Positions 48,865 through 58,841 of a stretch of 64,000 nucleotides of DNA are shown here, in pieces; the stretch's first letter is position 1; each line of letters starts with the position of its first letter. The notes beneath the pieces are model-generated. The model was not told the DNA's origin and ran no database searches. It saw only the letters and a program-made list of their open reading frames with translations. Both the position numbers and the translations under genes were made by a program. Source of the DNA: a virus (lineage: Duplodnaviria > Caudoviricetes); the IMG/VR virus record IMGVR_UViG_3300021311_000001, positions 1-64,000 of that record; one strand, written 5' to 3'.

Positions 48865-49170
48865 TTACTTTTCCTGTTTGGCGAGCTTCCCCAAGTCGCC
48901 GCTCTTCACGGCCTCCTTCAGATTCTCGCCCGGTCTGAATGACACAACCGGATAATCGGGCAGCACGCGGTTTTCACCCGTCGCCACATTATGCGCCAAG
49001 CGCCCCTTGTGCGTCTTGACCTCAAACGTGCCGAAGCCGTACACCCGCACGCTCTCCCCGCGTACCAGCGCCTCAGAGATGATACGAAACAGATCCGTGA
49101 TCACCTCGCCGGCCTGCCCCTTGCAGTATCCGAGGTCGGAGAGCGCCGACGTCATATCCTCTTTGAGCAA
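48865..49170 (-). CDS. HU-family DNA-binding protein
   Basis: GFGTFEV...R..HN..TGE...FRPG..LK. Confidence 0.9.
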   Translation of the reverse strand: MLKEDMTSALSDLGYCKGQAGEVITDLFRIISEALVRGESVRVYGFGTFEVKTHKGRLAHNVATGENRVLPDYPVVSFRPGENLKEAVKSGDLGKLAKQEK

Positions 49171-49196
49171 ATGGTATCATTCCTTTCGTTTGGCTT

Positions 49197-50432
49197 TCAC
49201 AGCCGAATTTGGTATGTGGCGTCCGCACCAACGCCGCTTCTGAAGAACATCAAAAGCTGCCCCGGCGTCGAATAGAGCCGCTTGTCATTGGCATAGTCAT
49301 CCACGCCGCAAAGTGCGCGCACGATCATCGCCTCAACGCCAAGCTCCTCAAACTCCTCCTTGTGGTGCTTGTCGGCCAGCAGCACATAGTCAATGCCGGT
49401 GCCGTACTTCTTCTGGAACAACGTATTGAGCGTCCGTCCGGCACTTCTCACGTTGTCAAGGTCGCCGTGCGTCGCGCAGACATGGTATCCGCAGACGTCG
49501 AAATACAAGAACTCGTAGTATTCCGCCTCCGGGAATGTGACGTCGCTGCGCTCGCCAAGGCGCTGCTCCAGCCACCACGGGATCAGCCGCTCCATGTTGT
49601 CGGCGTGGATGCTGTCTTTCTTGTTCTGTACCGTACGCAGGTGGTTCCCGTACGTCGCGTGGACGACGGTTTCCTCCACCTCGTCGGCAAGCACGGCGAT
49701 CGCGCGGGCGATGATCTCGCTCACCTGCATCACCTGTTCGCACACAAGCTCCTCGCTCGCCACGCGCACGCTCGTATGGATCGCGCCATGCGCCATGTCG
49801 CCCAGCAATACGACGTGCAGCCTCTTCGGGCGGTGCAGCCGCAGCCTGTCGATCACGGCGTCGACGAGCGTTTCCACGCGCTCGCGGCAAACGTCGGTGT
49901 CGTAGTGCTGCCAGATGTTGTTCGTCACCATGCCGTAGTGCCAGTCGGCGAGCACCAAAACAGCTTCGTCGTCGCACGGCAGATACTCCCTGTCCTTATC
50001 CACCGCGAGCGGCACGGACTCGTTCAGCTCGCGCGCAGCAGCGACCAGGCGGTCTTCCAGGTTCTCCTCGCGCCCCAGCTTGTCAACGAGCTTGTTAAAC
50101 TCGCGGCGCTGGTCGTAGAAGCGTTTGGCTTCCTTGCGCATCTTCATGGTCTTGGCCTCGATCTCGTCGAGGTAGGCGCTTTTCGCCGTGTCGGAGGACG
50201 CGCCCAGCTTCTTCTTGAAGTGCTGCATCACCGCGTAACCGGAGTACGGCGTCACCGCCGCAGCCTTGCGCAGGCTGTCCCTGTGGCAATCGAGGCCAAG
50301 CGCCTCCACGATGTCCTGCCAGTCCAGATCCTCCGGCTGCTCCTCCACCTTTGTCGCAATCAGCCGAAGCCCGTACTCATACGCATCCTCGCCCTCGCGC
50401 CTCTCATACTTGGGATTCACGTCTTCCGTCAC
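49197..50432 (-). CDS. metallophosphoesterase (YonJ-like)
   Basis: DWHYG, LGD, GNH, HGD, DKHH. Confidence 0.8.
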   Translation of the reverse strand: MTEDVNPKYERREGEDAYEYGLRLIATKVEEQPEDLDWQDIVEALGLDCHRDSLRKAAAVTPYSGYAVMQHFKKKLGASSDTAKSAYLDEIEAKTMKMRKEAKRFYDQRREFNKLVDKLGREENLEDRLVAAARELNESVPLAVDKDREYLPCDDEAVLVLADWHYGMVTNNIWQHYDTDVCRERVETLVDAVIDRLRLHRPKRLHVVLLGDMAHGAIHTSVRVASEELVCEQVMQVSEIIARAIAVLADEVEETVVHATYGNHLRTVQNKKDSIHADNMERLIPWWLEQRLGERSDVTFPEAEYYEFLYFDVCGYHVCATHGDLDNVRSAGRTLNTLFQKKYGTGIDYVLLADKHHKEEFEELGVEAMIVRALCGVDDYANDKRLYSTPGQLLMFFRSGVGADATYQIRL

Positions 50433-50623
50433 CTCTCTCCTGTCGGCGGCATCTCGCGCCGCCGTTCAATCGTGATCGTCACGTCCGGCACGCCGTCCCA
50501 GCGCTTGAGGATTTCGCCGATGGCATAGCTGCACACCGCGTCATCCCGATACTCCGTCACCGTCTGGTCGGCGCAGTCGATCGTGGCGTGCTCATATCGT
50601 TCGATCCTGTCCTGAAACGCCAT
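50429..50623 (-). CDS. YonK-like protein
   Basis: TVTE..D....Y...EIL..WDG...V.ITI; same position as in SPbeta. Confidence 0.6.
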   Translation of the reverse strand: MAFQDRIERYEHATIDCADQTVTEYRDDAVCSYAIGEILKRWDGVPDVTITIERRREMPPTGER

Positions 50624-50862
50624 CAGCGATCACGACTCCAATCATGCCGCCTGCGACGTTCGCGCATCGCCCTGCGCCTGTCGAACTCGCGCACCAGCTC
50701 CGCCGCCGCCTCGTTCGTGTCGGCGATCGCGCGCATCAGCTCCTCGGACTCCGTGCAGAAGTAATGGTGGCGCTTCGTGCGCTGCTTCATCGTGCGCGGA
50801 TACTTGTACTGGGGGTACAGCTTCTCCAGAAGCATCTTTTCGTCCTTGGTAATAGAGATCAC
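50623..50862 (-). CDS. hypothetical protein
   Basis: MISITKDE..L; 79 aa. Confidence 0.6.
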   Translation of the reverse strand: MISITKDEKMLLEKLYPQYKYPRTMKQRTKRHHYFCTESEELMRAIADTNEAAAELVREFDRRRAMRERRRRHDWSRDR

Positions 50863-51072
50863 AAAACTTCATCCTTTACATTTAGATTTGAACAAGATCG
50901 TCAACACAACTATCTTTCGTGCATACGCGCGAAAAAAGTGCTATCCTTCTCTTATCCAAAATGCCCTAATTCTGGAATCTCCGAAATCACCAATTAAAAC
51001 TGTCCGCTGCACGCAATTTGTTCAGAATTATTCGAGGGAAAAACGTTCGATATTGTTTGTTATTGTTTATTT

Positions 51073-53892
51073 TCAACAAATATCATCCTCTATCTTGTGT
51101 GGAATTGACGGAACCTTACGAAAGCGAAAGCCGTAGATCGTCACGCTGCCGGCTGCCGAATCGTCCTCCTCCAGTACCATGATCGGCTCGCGGCTCTCCT
51201 CGATGAGGTCAAGAAAGCTCTGGTTGGGAAGCGTAAAGAGCATATAGAATAGACTGCGGGAGATGTCCTTGTTCTGCGGTTCCTCGATGGCGAGCAGCAG
51301 CCGATACGCCGTATGACGATTGAGCTGGATCGACTTGATGTAGTCATAGCACTCCTCGCGGATCTCGCCGACGAGCGACGCCTTTTCCGCGTTATCCATG
51401 CCGCTTTCCTTATCGTCCCACACCGCCTTGATCTGCGCGCGCATATTGCGCACCAGCTCCAAAATGCGATTCACTTGCTCATACCAAACATTACGGTTTG
51501 ATATTTCATTGCAAACAATGAGCATTTCAGAAAACGGCACAAAACCGCTTTTCTTTCGATTGGCACGAAAACTGTTGAGGCTGTGCTGCAAGTAATCCAT
51601 CGTCGTGTCGTGAAAGCGATAGTTTTTCCGCGCGCTGTCATAGTAGCCCTTCATGCGCGCGATCTTGCCGAAGAAATTCGGCTTGACCTGCCGCCCGTCC
51701 TCGTCGCGGATCTCGTACTTCTGCTTGAGCCGCCGCAGCTCGCCCACGCTGTCCACCGCAAATTCCTTTTTCGCCTTGTCGATCTCAAGCCCGCTGAGCA
51801 CGTCGAGCTTGGCGATGTCGCAGTAAAGCTCCTCGACGTCCGCGAACGTCCTGCCGCCATTGAGCGTGTGCCAGAGTCGCGTGTTCAGCTCCTGCGAGAG
51901 GTTGACGATCTCGCCGATCTTGTTGACACTCGTTTTGATGTCGAGGTCTGCCTGCTCCGCCCATGTGTAGTGGCGCACGACCTTCTTGGCCTCCACCATG
52001 CTCGTCGGTACCAGAAAGCGGTCGTAATTGCGCTCCGCCGCGCGGATGAGGATGGGGTTGTCGGTGAGCAGCATCGTGTCGCTGTCAAAGTCTGCGCCGG
52101 AAAGCCGCATCAAGATGTTCTCGCCGATGCTGTTGATGCAAACGATTTCCCTTGTGGGGTTGAAATATCGCTCGATTTCGTCGTTTTTGCGGTTTTTTGT
52201 CAGCAAAATGTTCCCCATCGTCACATGGGGACTGCGGCTGCCGAGCACCGTTTGGTTAAACCGAAAACGCTTGGAGTAGATGTTGCCGACGCCGATCTGA
52301 CTCGTTCCGTCAAATTTTCCAACGGCTGACAAAAGCATCTCCACCGGATTGCCGAGGAGCGTCGAGTAATTGCCGTCCACCATCAAATGCCCGCGCCGAA
52401 GCGTCTTCATAAAGGACTTCATCAAATCGTGCTTAAAATCGTAGTAAAGCCGCGTCTGCGAAAACTTGTCACTCACGCCGAGCATCTGGTAAACCACATC
52501 GTTCGTCGTCGCTGCGGCGCTGATCTCCTCATCCTCGCCGCCGTATCGGATGTGGTAGCGCAGCACGGCGGGATCTTGGTGGATCATCTGCAAATAGTCA
52601 AGCGACGGCTTGACCAGCGCGGCGACATCCTCCTGCGACATCTGCAAGGTATTGAGGAGCTGGTAGTGCGTCATCACCAGCCGCCCGTCAAAGAAATGCG
52701 TCGGTTTCTCGTGCTTCACCACACCGAAGCTCCCGTCCTCATCCAAAAGCCTCAGCCAGTTTTCAAGCGTTCCGAATTTCACATACTTAATGCTGCTCGG
52801 CGTCGTGATGATCTTGATGTCCTCCACACGCTCGGCGAGCGTAAAGCCATTGAGCTGCGAAACCTCCGTAATGCCGTAGTCGGCAAAAAACGTCTGAATG
52901 TTGGTGTTGAAGCACGCGGACTTAAAGAAACGGTTGCGAAGCAGGATCATGCCGCGCTCCTGGTACGCGCCCATCGCGCTCTTGTCGATCAGCGATTGCC
53001 CGTCCCAAATGCTGTTTTCGACGTCCACATCCTCCGGCTTCGACTCAAGCCATCCGTCCTCGCCGATGCGGGAAACCACGGCGCAGTCGCGGAAAACGCT
53101 CTTGTAGTCGTCGATAACGAGGAAATTTTCAGGCCGCAGCGTGATGGTGTCGATGATACTGCTGAGCGTCAGCGCGATATACGCCTCCAGAGCCGCAAGG
53201 TCGATTTCCTGCCCCTCGCGAACATGCAGCCCGCACATCTCCCACCGGTGCATCCGACTGTAAAGCTGCTCGTCGATAAAAAGGCACTTCCCAACACGGC
53301 TCGAACCGCTGGAGCGCTTGAAGCGGCGGAAATTGATACCATCGCAGCGAAAGCCGTCGCGATACAGCCTTTCGCGAAGCTGCGCCACCGTAAAGAGCAC
53401 CTTCATCTGCTTGCCGAGGCGGTACATTCCGTCCTCAAAAACAAACAGCCCACCGAGCAAACCTGCGTCAACCGGCTGCTCCACCGGCTCATCCACACGC
53501 ACCGCCAGAAGCTCACCGTCACGCACACATACACCGTCATGCAATTCCACGTCGCTCGGCAAATACCCGAATTTGATGTAGGTGTTGCCGGCAAAGCGGT
53601 TAAACTCCTTGACGCTGTACTTGAACGTCACATTGACGACGCGGCGGCAATACTCCTTGCCACGCTTGTTGAATGTAAAATCCATACGCCGGTAGACCTT
53701 TTCATAGACCTCGCGCAGCTTGATAAGGTCGAGGCTGTAGTCCAGCGTATTGATAAAGCGCTTCGTATTGTATTCGCCGGCGCTCTCCCCGGAGGCGTAC
53801 CGAACCGTATAGCCGGTACAGCGCTCCGAGGAGTAGTTGGCGAGAAACAGATCCTTTGCATCCGCCGATACGATATAAACGCCATTCGCCAT
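51073..53892 (-). CDS. YonO-like single-subunit RNA polymerase
   Basis: RSSGSSRVG, WDGQSL, LRN.FFK, RSPH, LSGADFDSD, IG.IVN.SQ, IDKAKK. Confidence 0.85.
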   Translation of the reverse strand: MANGVYIVSADAKDLFLANYSSERCTGYTVRYASGESAGEYNTKRFINTLDYSLDLIKLREVYEKVYRRMDFTFNKRGKEYCRRVVNVTFKYSVKEFNRFAGNTYIKFGYLPSDVELHDGVCVRDGELLAVRVDEPVEQPVDAGLLGGLFVFEDGMYRLGKQMKVLFTVAQLRERLYRDGFRCDGINFRRFKRSSGSSRVGKCLFIDEQLYSRMHRWEMCGLHVREGQEIDLAALEAYIALTLSSIIDTITLRPENFLVIDDYKSVFRDCAVVSRIGEDGWLESKPEDVDVENSIWDGQSLIDKSAMGAYQERGMILLRNRFFKSACFNTNIQTFFADYGITEVSQLNGFTLAERVEDIKIITTPSSIKYVKFGTLENWLRLLDEDGSFGVVKHEKPTHFFDGRLVMTHYQLLNTLQMSQEDVAALVKPSLDYLQMIHQDPAVLRYHIRYGGEDEEISAAATTNDVVYQMLGVSDKFSQTRLYYDFKHDLMKSFMKTLRRGHLMVDGNYSTLLGNPVEMLLSAVGKFDGTSQIGVGNIYSKRFRFNQTVLGSRSPHVTMGNILLTKNRKNDEIERYFNPTREIVCINSIGENILMRLSGADFDSDTMLLTDNPILIRAAERNYDRFLVPTSMVEAKKVVRHYTWAEQADLDIKTSVNKIGEIVNLSQELNTRLWHTLNGGRTFADVEELYCDIAKLDVLSGLEIDKAKKEFAVDSVGELRRLKQKYEIRDEDGRQVKPNFFGKIARMKGYYDSARKNYRFHDTTMDYLQHSLNSFRANRKKSGFVPFSEMLIVCNEISNRNVWYEQVNRILELVRNMRAQIKAVWDDKESGMDNAEKASLVGEIREECYDYIKSIQLNRHTAYRLLLAIEEPQNKDISRSLFYMLFTLPNQSFLDLIEESREPIMVLEEDDSAAGSVTIYGFRFRKVPSIPHKIEDDIC

Positions 53893-54207
53893 TTACTCAC
53901 CGTCCCGATTTTTCTTGGCGTCCGCAAGGCGCTTTTGCCTTGCATTTTCCAGTCTCGCCCGCGCCGCGTCCTTCTGCTCCTGCGTCATGTTCGTCTGCTT
54001 CTTCGGTCGCAGCCTAAACCACGACGCGGAGAGTCGCGCCACCAGCGAGCCGTCCTCATTGACGACGCGAATATCCACATCGTCTGGATATTTCTTCTTG
54101 AGGTCTTCGACCACCTTGATCCACTTCTTCTCTGACGTCGAGAACGTGGCGAATTTCTCACCCGCTACATGATCCCACGCGGTCTCCTTAAAATCATCCA
54201 CACGCAC
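53893..54207 (-). CDS. hypothetical phage protein
   Basis: NEDGSL.A.L..W motif. Confidence 0.6.
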   Translation of the reverse strand: MRVDDFKETAWDHVAGEKFATFSTSEKKWIKVVEDLKKKYPDDVDIRVVNEDGSLVARLSASWFRLRPKKQTNMTQEQKDAARARLENARQKRLADAKKNRDGE

Positions 54208-55432
54208 GCACCTCCTCCGTGTCTCCAGCCAGCTCCGCGAGCCAGTCCATCAAAAGCGTCCGCATACGCCGCGACGGAATGTAGATCCAGATTTCCTTTC
54301 CGTCGCGAATGGCGCTGCGCCAGATCCATTGGATCATCTCGCCAAGCGCCCAACGATCCTCCTGCACATCGACGCCGTGTGCCTTGTAAAAGTTGCTGAG
54401 CACGGGATTAAAATAGTTGTTCACGCAAAAGGCGAGGTGGTCACGCTCGCGGTAGGCGTTGGTCGCCCGCGTGTTCCACGAAAGAAAGCCGCTCGTATAT
54501 CCCTTTCCCTTGAGCGCGTCCTGATAGTCCTTGAACGTCGTCCACAGGTTTTTGGACGTCGGCGTCTCATACTTATGCTTGAACACATTCACGAGGTTAT
54601 TTTTGAGCTGTTTGATATTCTCCTTGCCGCGACTTTTCGCGGCGCGGTCATACCACGACACGGAAAGCGCCGTGTCCGCGTCGCCGATGGCGTTGAGCTT
54701 GCGGTCGTCAAGCACATGGATTTTATCGCGCAGCGTCTTCACATACTCCGGCATCACCGGCACATCGCAAAATCGGTATTCTCCACGCTCGTATGTCGTC
54801 CCGATCTTTCGCACACGCACGCCGCCTATGTCAAAGTAGTATTTCTGCGGCTGAGCGTCAAAAAGATACGTCAGGATCGTCACGTCGCAAAACGCCTCAA
54901 ATACCTCGATTGGGAACGTCCAGAGCATCATGCAGTCCTGATAAAGCGTCACATGGCCGGTATTCACCGTATCACGCAGCTCGTTGAATTTCCCGTCGTA
55001 GGTGTCGTCAGTCCACCGAACGCGGCCGTCGAGCGCATCAACCTCGATCACGCCGTTGCGCCGCAGCAGCCGAATATCCTGCGGAGATACTTCAAGATTT
55101 TCGTAAACCTTAGTCACCTCGTCGAGAATGAGCTTGTATCCACCCTCTCGCAGCAGTCGGATCGTTGTGTCGTTGTAGGTGTGAAAAAGTGCGTGCGTGC
55201 TTGCGATATTGCACCCGTGCGCGAGCTTTTCGTGCAGATCGTCCAGCTTGCGACAGCCAAAGTTCTTCGGATCATAAAACGCGCGCTCCGCGCAGCTTTG
55301 CTTGATGCGCTCCACCTCGGCGAGGTATGGCGTGATGAAAACATAGCGGCTGCCGGCATCCTCCTTCATCCGCGTGATGGCGGATTCTGTCTTCCCCGCG
55401 CCCATGATCATGTCGCACACGTTCACTACCAT
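54194..55432 (-). CDS. SF2 helicase-like protein
   Basis: MGAGKT, ITPYL.E, ILDE, QWIWRSAIR. Confidence 0.8.
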   Translation of the reverse strand: MVVNVCDMIMGAGKTESAITRMKEDAGSRYVFITPYLAEVERIKQSCAERAFYDPKNFGCRKLDDLHEKLAHGCNIASTHALFHTYNDTTIRLLREGGYKLILDEVTKVYENLEVSPQDIRLLRRNGVIEVDALDGRVRWTDDTYDGKFNELRDTVNTGHVTLYQDCMMLWTFPIEVFEAFCDVTILTYLFDAQPQKYYFDIGGVRVRKIGTTYERGEYRFCDVPVMPEYVKTLRDKIHVLDDRKLNAIGDADTALSVSWYDRAAKSRGKENIKQLKNNLVNVFKHKYETPTSKNLWTTFKDYQDALKGKGYTSGFLSWNTRATNAYRERDHLAFCVNNYFNPVLSNFYKAHGVDVQEDRWALGEMIQWIWRSAIRDGKEIWIYIPSRRMRTLLMDWLAELAGDTEEVRACG

Positions 55433-56145
55433 CGCGCCGCCCCCGTTCTGATTCTGAAATTATCTGCGATGCGGTCAAGCAGCACCGCGCGCGTCACAGC
55501 GCCGACGCCGCCCTTGCGCGCGGTGATCGTAATGTGACCGTTATATCGCAAAAGGGCATCGTTTTTTTCGTTGAATGAATTGCTGATGTCAACGATCAGC
55601 TTTTCGCACTTTGCGTTCGCCGGATAAAACTTAGCGTCACGCGCCGCGCAAAATACAACGTCCGCACGACAGATCGCTTCGTACATGACATAATCTCTCG
55701 TTCTGCTGTGGCAAAGCGTCACCGTTGCATCGCGATCAATAAGCTCACGCGCGATCTCGCGTCCGATCCCGCGCCCAATAACGGTCGCGCTCTTTCCGGC
55801 AAGCACCATACGGCTCTCGGCAACTCGCAGCGCCGCTTCCGTTACCGCGCGGATTTGTCTCCCGCCTCTAAAGTTGTCAACGTCCCACTCCATCGGCGGT
55901 CGATACTCCATCTCGCCGAGCGTCAGCACACCATCAAGGCCGGACAGCGCGCCGTCGCGCCTGTCCGTCACAACGTCGATGCCAAGCTCCTCCGCGTCGC
56001 GACGGATACCGCGCAGGTACATCTCATCATCGGCTGCGTCGCCGGCGCGCATCACCAAAAGTACCGGACGACCGCCAACGAGCTTGGCGCTGATACCGGC
56101 TTTGATCTCATCCGCAATCGGCGTGCAGTCCATGTACTCGATCAT
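55426..56145 (-). CDS. FolD-like protein (degenerate)
   Basis: AEELGI, DVD, GK.ATVIGR, ATVTLCHSRT, AD, GGVG.VT. Confidence 0.75.
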   Translation of the reverse strand: MIEYMDCTPIADEIKAGISAKLVGGRPVLLVMRAGDAADDEMYLRGIRRDAEELGIDVVTDRRDGALSGLDGVLTLGEMEYRPPMEWDVDNFRGGRQIRAVTEAALRVAESRMVLAGKSATVIGRGIGREIARELIDRDATVTLCHSRTRDYVMYEAICRADVVFCAARDAKFYPANAKCEKLIVDISNSFNEKNDALLRYNGHITITARKGGVGAVTRAVLLDRIADNFRIRTGAARW

Positions 56146-56579
56146 AATTCACCTCTTGCTTTGAGGTACTTCCGCACCGCGACGAGCGCCGCCCATACGA
56201 GATCGCAGTACGGCATCTCGCCATTGCCGTCGTAGGCGCAGATCGCAGCCGTAACATCTTCCTTGGTAAGACCGGACGGCAGCTCGGAAAAGAGCGCGCG
56301 ATACTCCTCCATCTTCTCCGACATGCGGATGTTGTCGGCGCAGGTCTTGATCTGGCTGCGCGCCAGGGCGAGCATCGTCATCGCGTCGATCCCGTACAGC
56401 TCCGATGCGTCCGAGTAAACCTTGCACTCCGCCTCAAGCGCCTCGATGTACTCCTGCTGCTGCGGATCGTAGGCAGCGAGCGCCAGAAGCGCCGCCTTCT
56501 TCGTGCTTGCGCGCAGCGGCGCGTGTCCGTCGTACTGCTCCAGATCGCAGATCGCTTCCAGTGTTTCCTTCAGTTTCAT
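56142..56579 (-). CDS. hypothetical protein
   Basis: Translationally coupled to its neighbours. Confidence 0.55.
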   Translation of the reverse strand: MKLKETLEAICDLEQYDGHAPLRASTKKAALLALAAYDPQQQEYIEALEAECKVYSDASELYGIDAMTMLALARSQIKTCADNIRMSEKMEEYRALFSELPSGLTKEDVTAAICAYDGNGEMPYCDLVWAALVAVRKYLKARGEL

Positions 56580-56827
56580 TGCATCACATCCTTTTTTACT
56601 CTTTTTCCAAACAGGAATTGCCATTTGGTAATCCCGTGCTTTTCGTAGTAATCCCGCCACGCCTCATACTGCCTCAGCGCCCGCACCGGATAGAAGAGAA
56701 AGTAGAGAATCGGGTAAAGCAACCCGCACGCCCAGCGCAGCGCATAGTCCTCGTCAAACTGCGCCAAAACGATCGAAACCGCCCAAAAAATCACAACCGT
56801 CAATAAAACGATTTCATACCACGCCAT
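56576..56827 (-). CDS. small membrane protein
   Basis: Two hydrophobic segments; GGAGG RBS. Confidence 0.6.
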   Translation of the reverse strand: MAWYEIVLLTVVIFWAVSIVLAQFDEDYALRWACGLLYPILYFLFYPVRALRQYEAWRDYYEKHGITKWQFLFGKRVKKDVMQ

Positions 56828-56859
56828 ATCGTTTCCTCCGTCATCAAATTATTGTCGCG

Positions 56860-57459
56860 CTATTGAGCGCCAAGGCGTTTTTTCAAGCACTCGGAAATTT
56901 TCTCCCTCAGAGCGGCGCGCGCTTCCTCATCCACGCCATCCTCAGCCCCGTAGATCCTGCGCCCATTCTTCCATTTTTGCTTGATTCTCACAAGCTGCTG
57001 CGAAACCCAAGCGCGCGTTTTTCCGTATGCCTCGGAAATTTCGCCGTCATTCTGGCCTTGCAAGCGCCGATAGATAATGTCGAGCTTGTAAAGTGGCGCA
57101 CGCTCGATGATCCAATCGAAATACGCAATCTCATTCTCCGCCTCAATGCGGTCAAGGTGATCCGGAACAAAGAAGCTAAATTCGTCGCCGGACTCATCCT
57201 GGATCATCGCGTCGAGCGAACCGGCTTTGACGAGCTTGTTTTCCGTCCGAAAGCGTATCAGCATCATGTTCTTCATCGCGCGGTACGCCAGCACGGAGAG
57301 TTTAATGCCCCTGCTTGCATCGTAAGCACGCGCAGCTTGGCAAAGTCCAACAGCCAACTCGCCGTACCAGTCGTCGGAAAGGTGGTACTTGTTCATAAAG
57401 CTGTAGATGAGCTTGTGATTGCCCTCTACCAGCTTTTGATATGCTCTCTCGTCCTTCAC
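56860..57459 (-). CDS. sigma-70-family factor
   Basis: LVE.N..LIY, GL..AA..YD.SRG.K (region 2); C-terminal HTH. Confidence 0.75.
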   Translation of the reverse strand: MKDERAYQKLVEGNHKLIYSFMNKYHLSDDWYGELAVGLCQAARAYDASRGIKLSVLAYRAMKNMMLIRFRTENKLVKAGSLDAMIQDESGDEFSFFVPDHLDRIEAENEIAYFDWIIERAPLYKLDIIYRRLQGQNDGEISEAYGKTRAWVSQQLVRIKQKWKNGRRIYGAEDGVDEEARAALREKISECLKKRLGAQ

Positions 57460-57472
57460 TCGCTGCTCCCCT

Positions 57473-57835
57473 CTACCAACTGCTGATGTCGGTAATATCC
57501 TCTTCCTCGCCGCAGACCGGACACTTCACCTTGATGCAGGCACCGATGCCCGTGCCGGTGAGCGTGTAGATATAGGTGTTGCCGCTTGCCCTGGTATGCG
57601 GCGTGTGCATCTCAAAATGTCGGCTCCGGAACGAGCGATCCGCCTCCTGTTCCTTGTCGGAGAAGATATGCAGCGCATGACGGCGAATATAGTCCCTCTC
57701 TGCGTTGGCCGCCGCGATCTCCTCATCCTTGCGAAATTCGCGCACAGTCTCCTGTGACTCCTTGACGCGCTCCTCCATCCGATGATATTCCTCACGCAGC
57801 GCATCGAGCGTCTTGTCGAAGTTATCCAAAAACAT
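57473..57835 (-). CDS. hypothetical phage protein
   Basis: TGIG...KCPVCG..DITD. Confidence 0.6.
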   Translation of the reverse strand: MFLDNFDKTLDALREEYHRMEERVKESQETVREFRKDEEIAAANAERDYIRRHALHIFSDKEQEADRSFRSRHFEMHTPHTRASGNTYIYTLTGTGIGACIKVKCPVCGEEEDITDISSW

Positions 57836-57853
57836 CGCGATCCTCCTTGTTCG

Positions 57854-58204
57854 TTATTCAATGATGCCGTAAAAGAGCATCCGCGCATAGGCGTCACCGT
57901 ACGGGATCTTTGTTCTCCGCGCGGTACGCTTCGCGTCTTTCTTTGATGCGCCGCGCGACATAAGCGCCCTGATAAACCGCTTGCGGCTCATCCGCGCCAG
58001 ACGAAAATATCCCGTACCACAGAAATCGCGCGGCAGTCCGAACGCCTTGGCGTCAACGTCATCGTCCGGCATCATGGCGACCGTCATGCTCTGCAATCCG
58101 TCGAAACGGATGGGATTGCCGTCCGCGCCGACCATATAAAGCCCGTTCGTAAAAGATATGTGATTGTGTTGTTCCCGGTCACGGCATTGGCGACGTCGAG
58201 CCAA
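57854..58204 (-). CDS. hypothetical protein (start uncertain)
   Basis: SRKRFIRALMSRG motif; overlaps the upstream ORF. Confidence 0.4.
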   Translation of the reverse strand: MARRRQCRDREQHNHISFTNGLYMVGADGNPIRFDGLQSMTVAMMPDDDVDAKAFGLPRDFCGTGYFRLARMSRKRFIRALMSRGASKKDAKRTARRTKIPYGDAYARMLFYGIIE

Positions 58205-58743
58205 ATCTGAATGACGAATGGTTTATCGGTTGGCCGGTAGTCGACGAAATGCTTGAAGTATTCGGGATATCTTTTCTCAAAGTCGTCAAGCACCTGCTGC
58301 CATGTTACCGTCTTATTTCCTCTTTCACACGGCAACCACACCAAAAGTCCCGCTTCCTCTGCGTCCTCATAGGCGCGCAATTTGTTGTATATCTCCGCGT
58401 CGTTGCACATTACATTGACTTCATGCTTAAAGAACCCGCAATCCTTGCTACACGCGCAGTAATCCGCGCAAATATCAAAGTTTTTCTGTGTCAGTCGTCG
58501 TTCCATGTGGTTTTCGGGAAGCGCATCCTTAACGCTCACCCACGCTCTCTCGCGTTCACCGTCCGCCTCTTCACCGCGCGGCGCTGCTGCAGGTACTTCA
58601 TTGATCGCAGACAGAGCACACATTTTCATTCTCATCATGCCACGGCACTCATCCGTACTCACACACACGGACATGGTATCCGCAAGACCAGCAACGCTTT
58701 CGAGCGCATCACGGCGGCGGATCAGGTCATCTCTTATTGCCAT
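58084..58743 (-). CDS. mosaic hypothetical phage protein
   Basis: DDLIRR.DA, WVSVKDALP and KLRAYEDAEE.G.LV.LPC mini-motifs. Confidence 0.5.
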   Translation of the reverse strand: MAIRDDLIRRRDALESVAGLADTMSVCVSTDECRGMMRMKMCALSAINEVPAAAPRGEEADGERERAWVSVKDALPENHMERRLTQKNFDICADYCACSKDCGFFKHEVNVMCNDAEIYNKLRAYEDAEEAGLLVWLPCERGNKTVTWQQVLDDFEKRYPEYFKHFVDYRPTDKPFVIQIWLDVANAVTGNNTITYLLRTGFIWSARTAIPSVSTDCRA

Positions 58744-58841
58744 TTTGATTCTCTCCCTCTACATGGTTTCTCCAACACACCAATGCGCTTTGATAGTTTA
58801 TTGTCGCGCAAACCTCACGTCTTTTCTTCCTCATTCATTGA

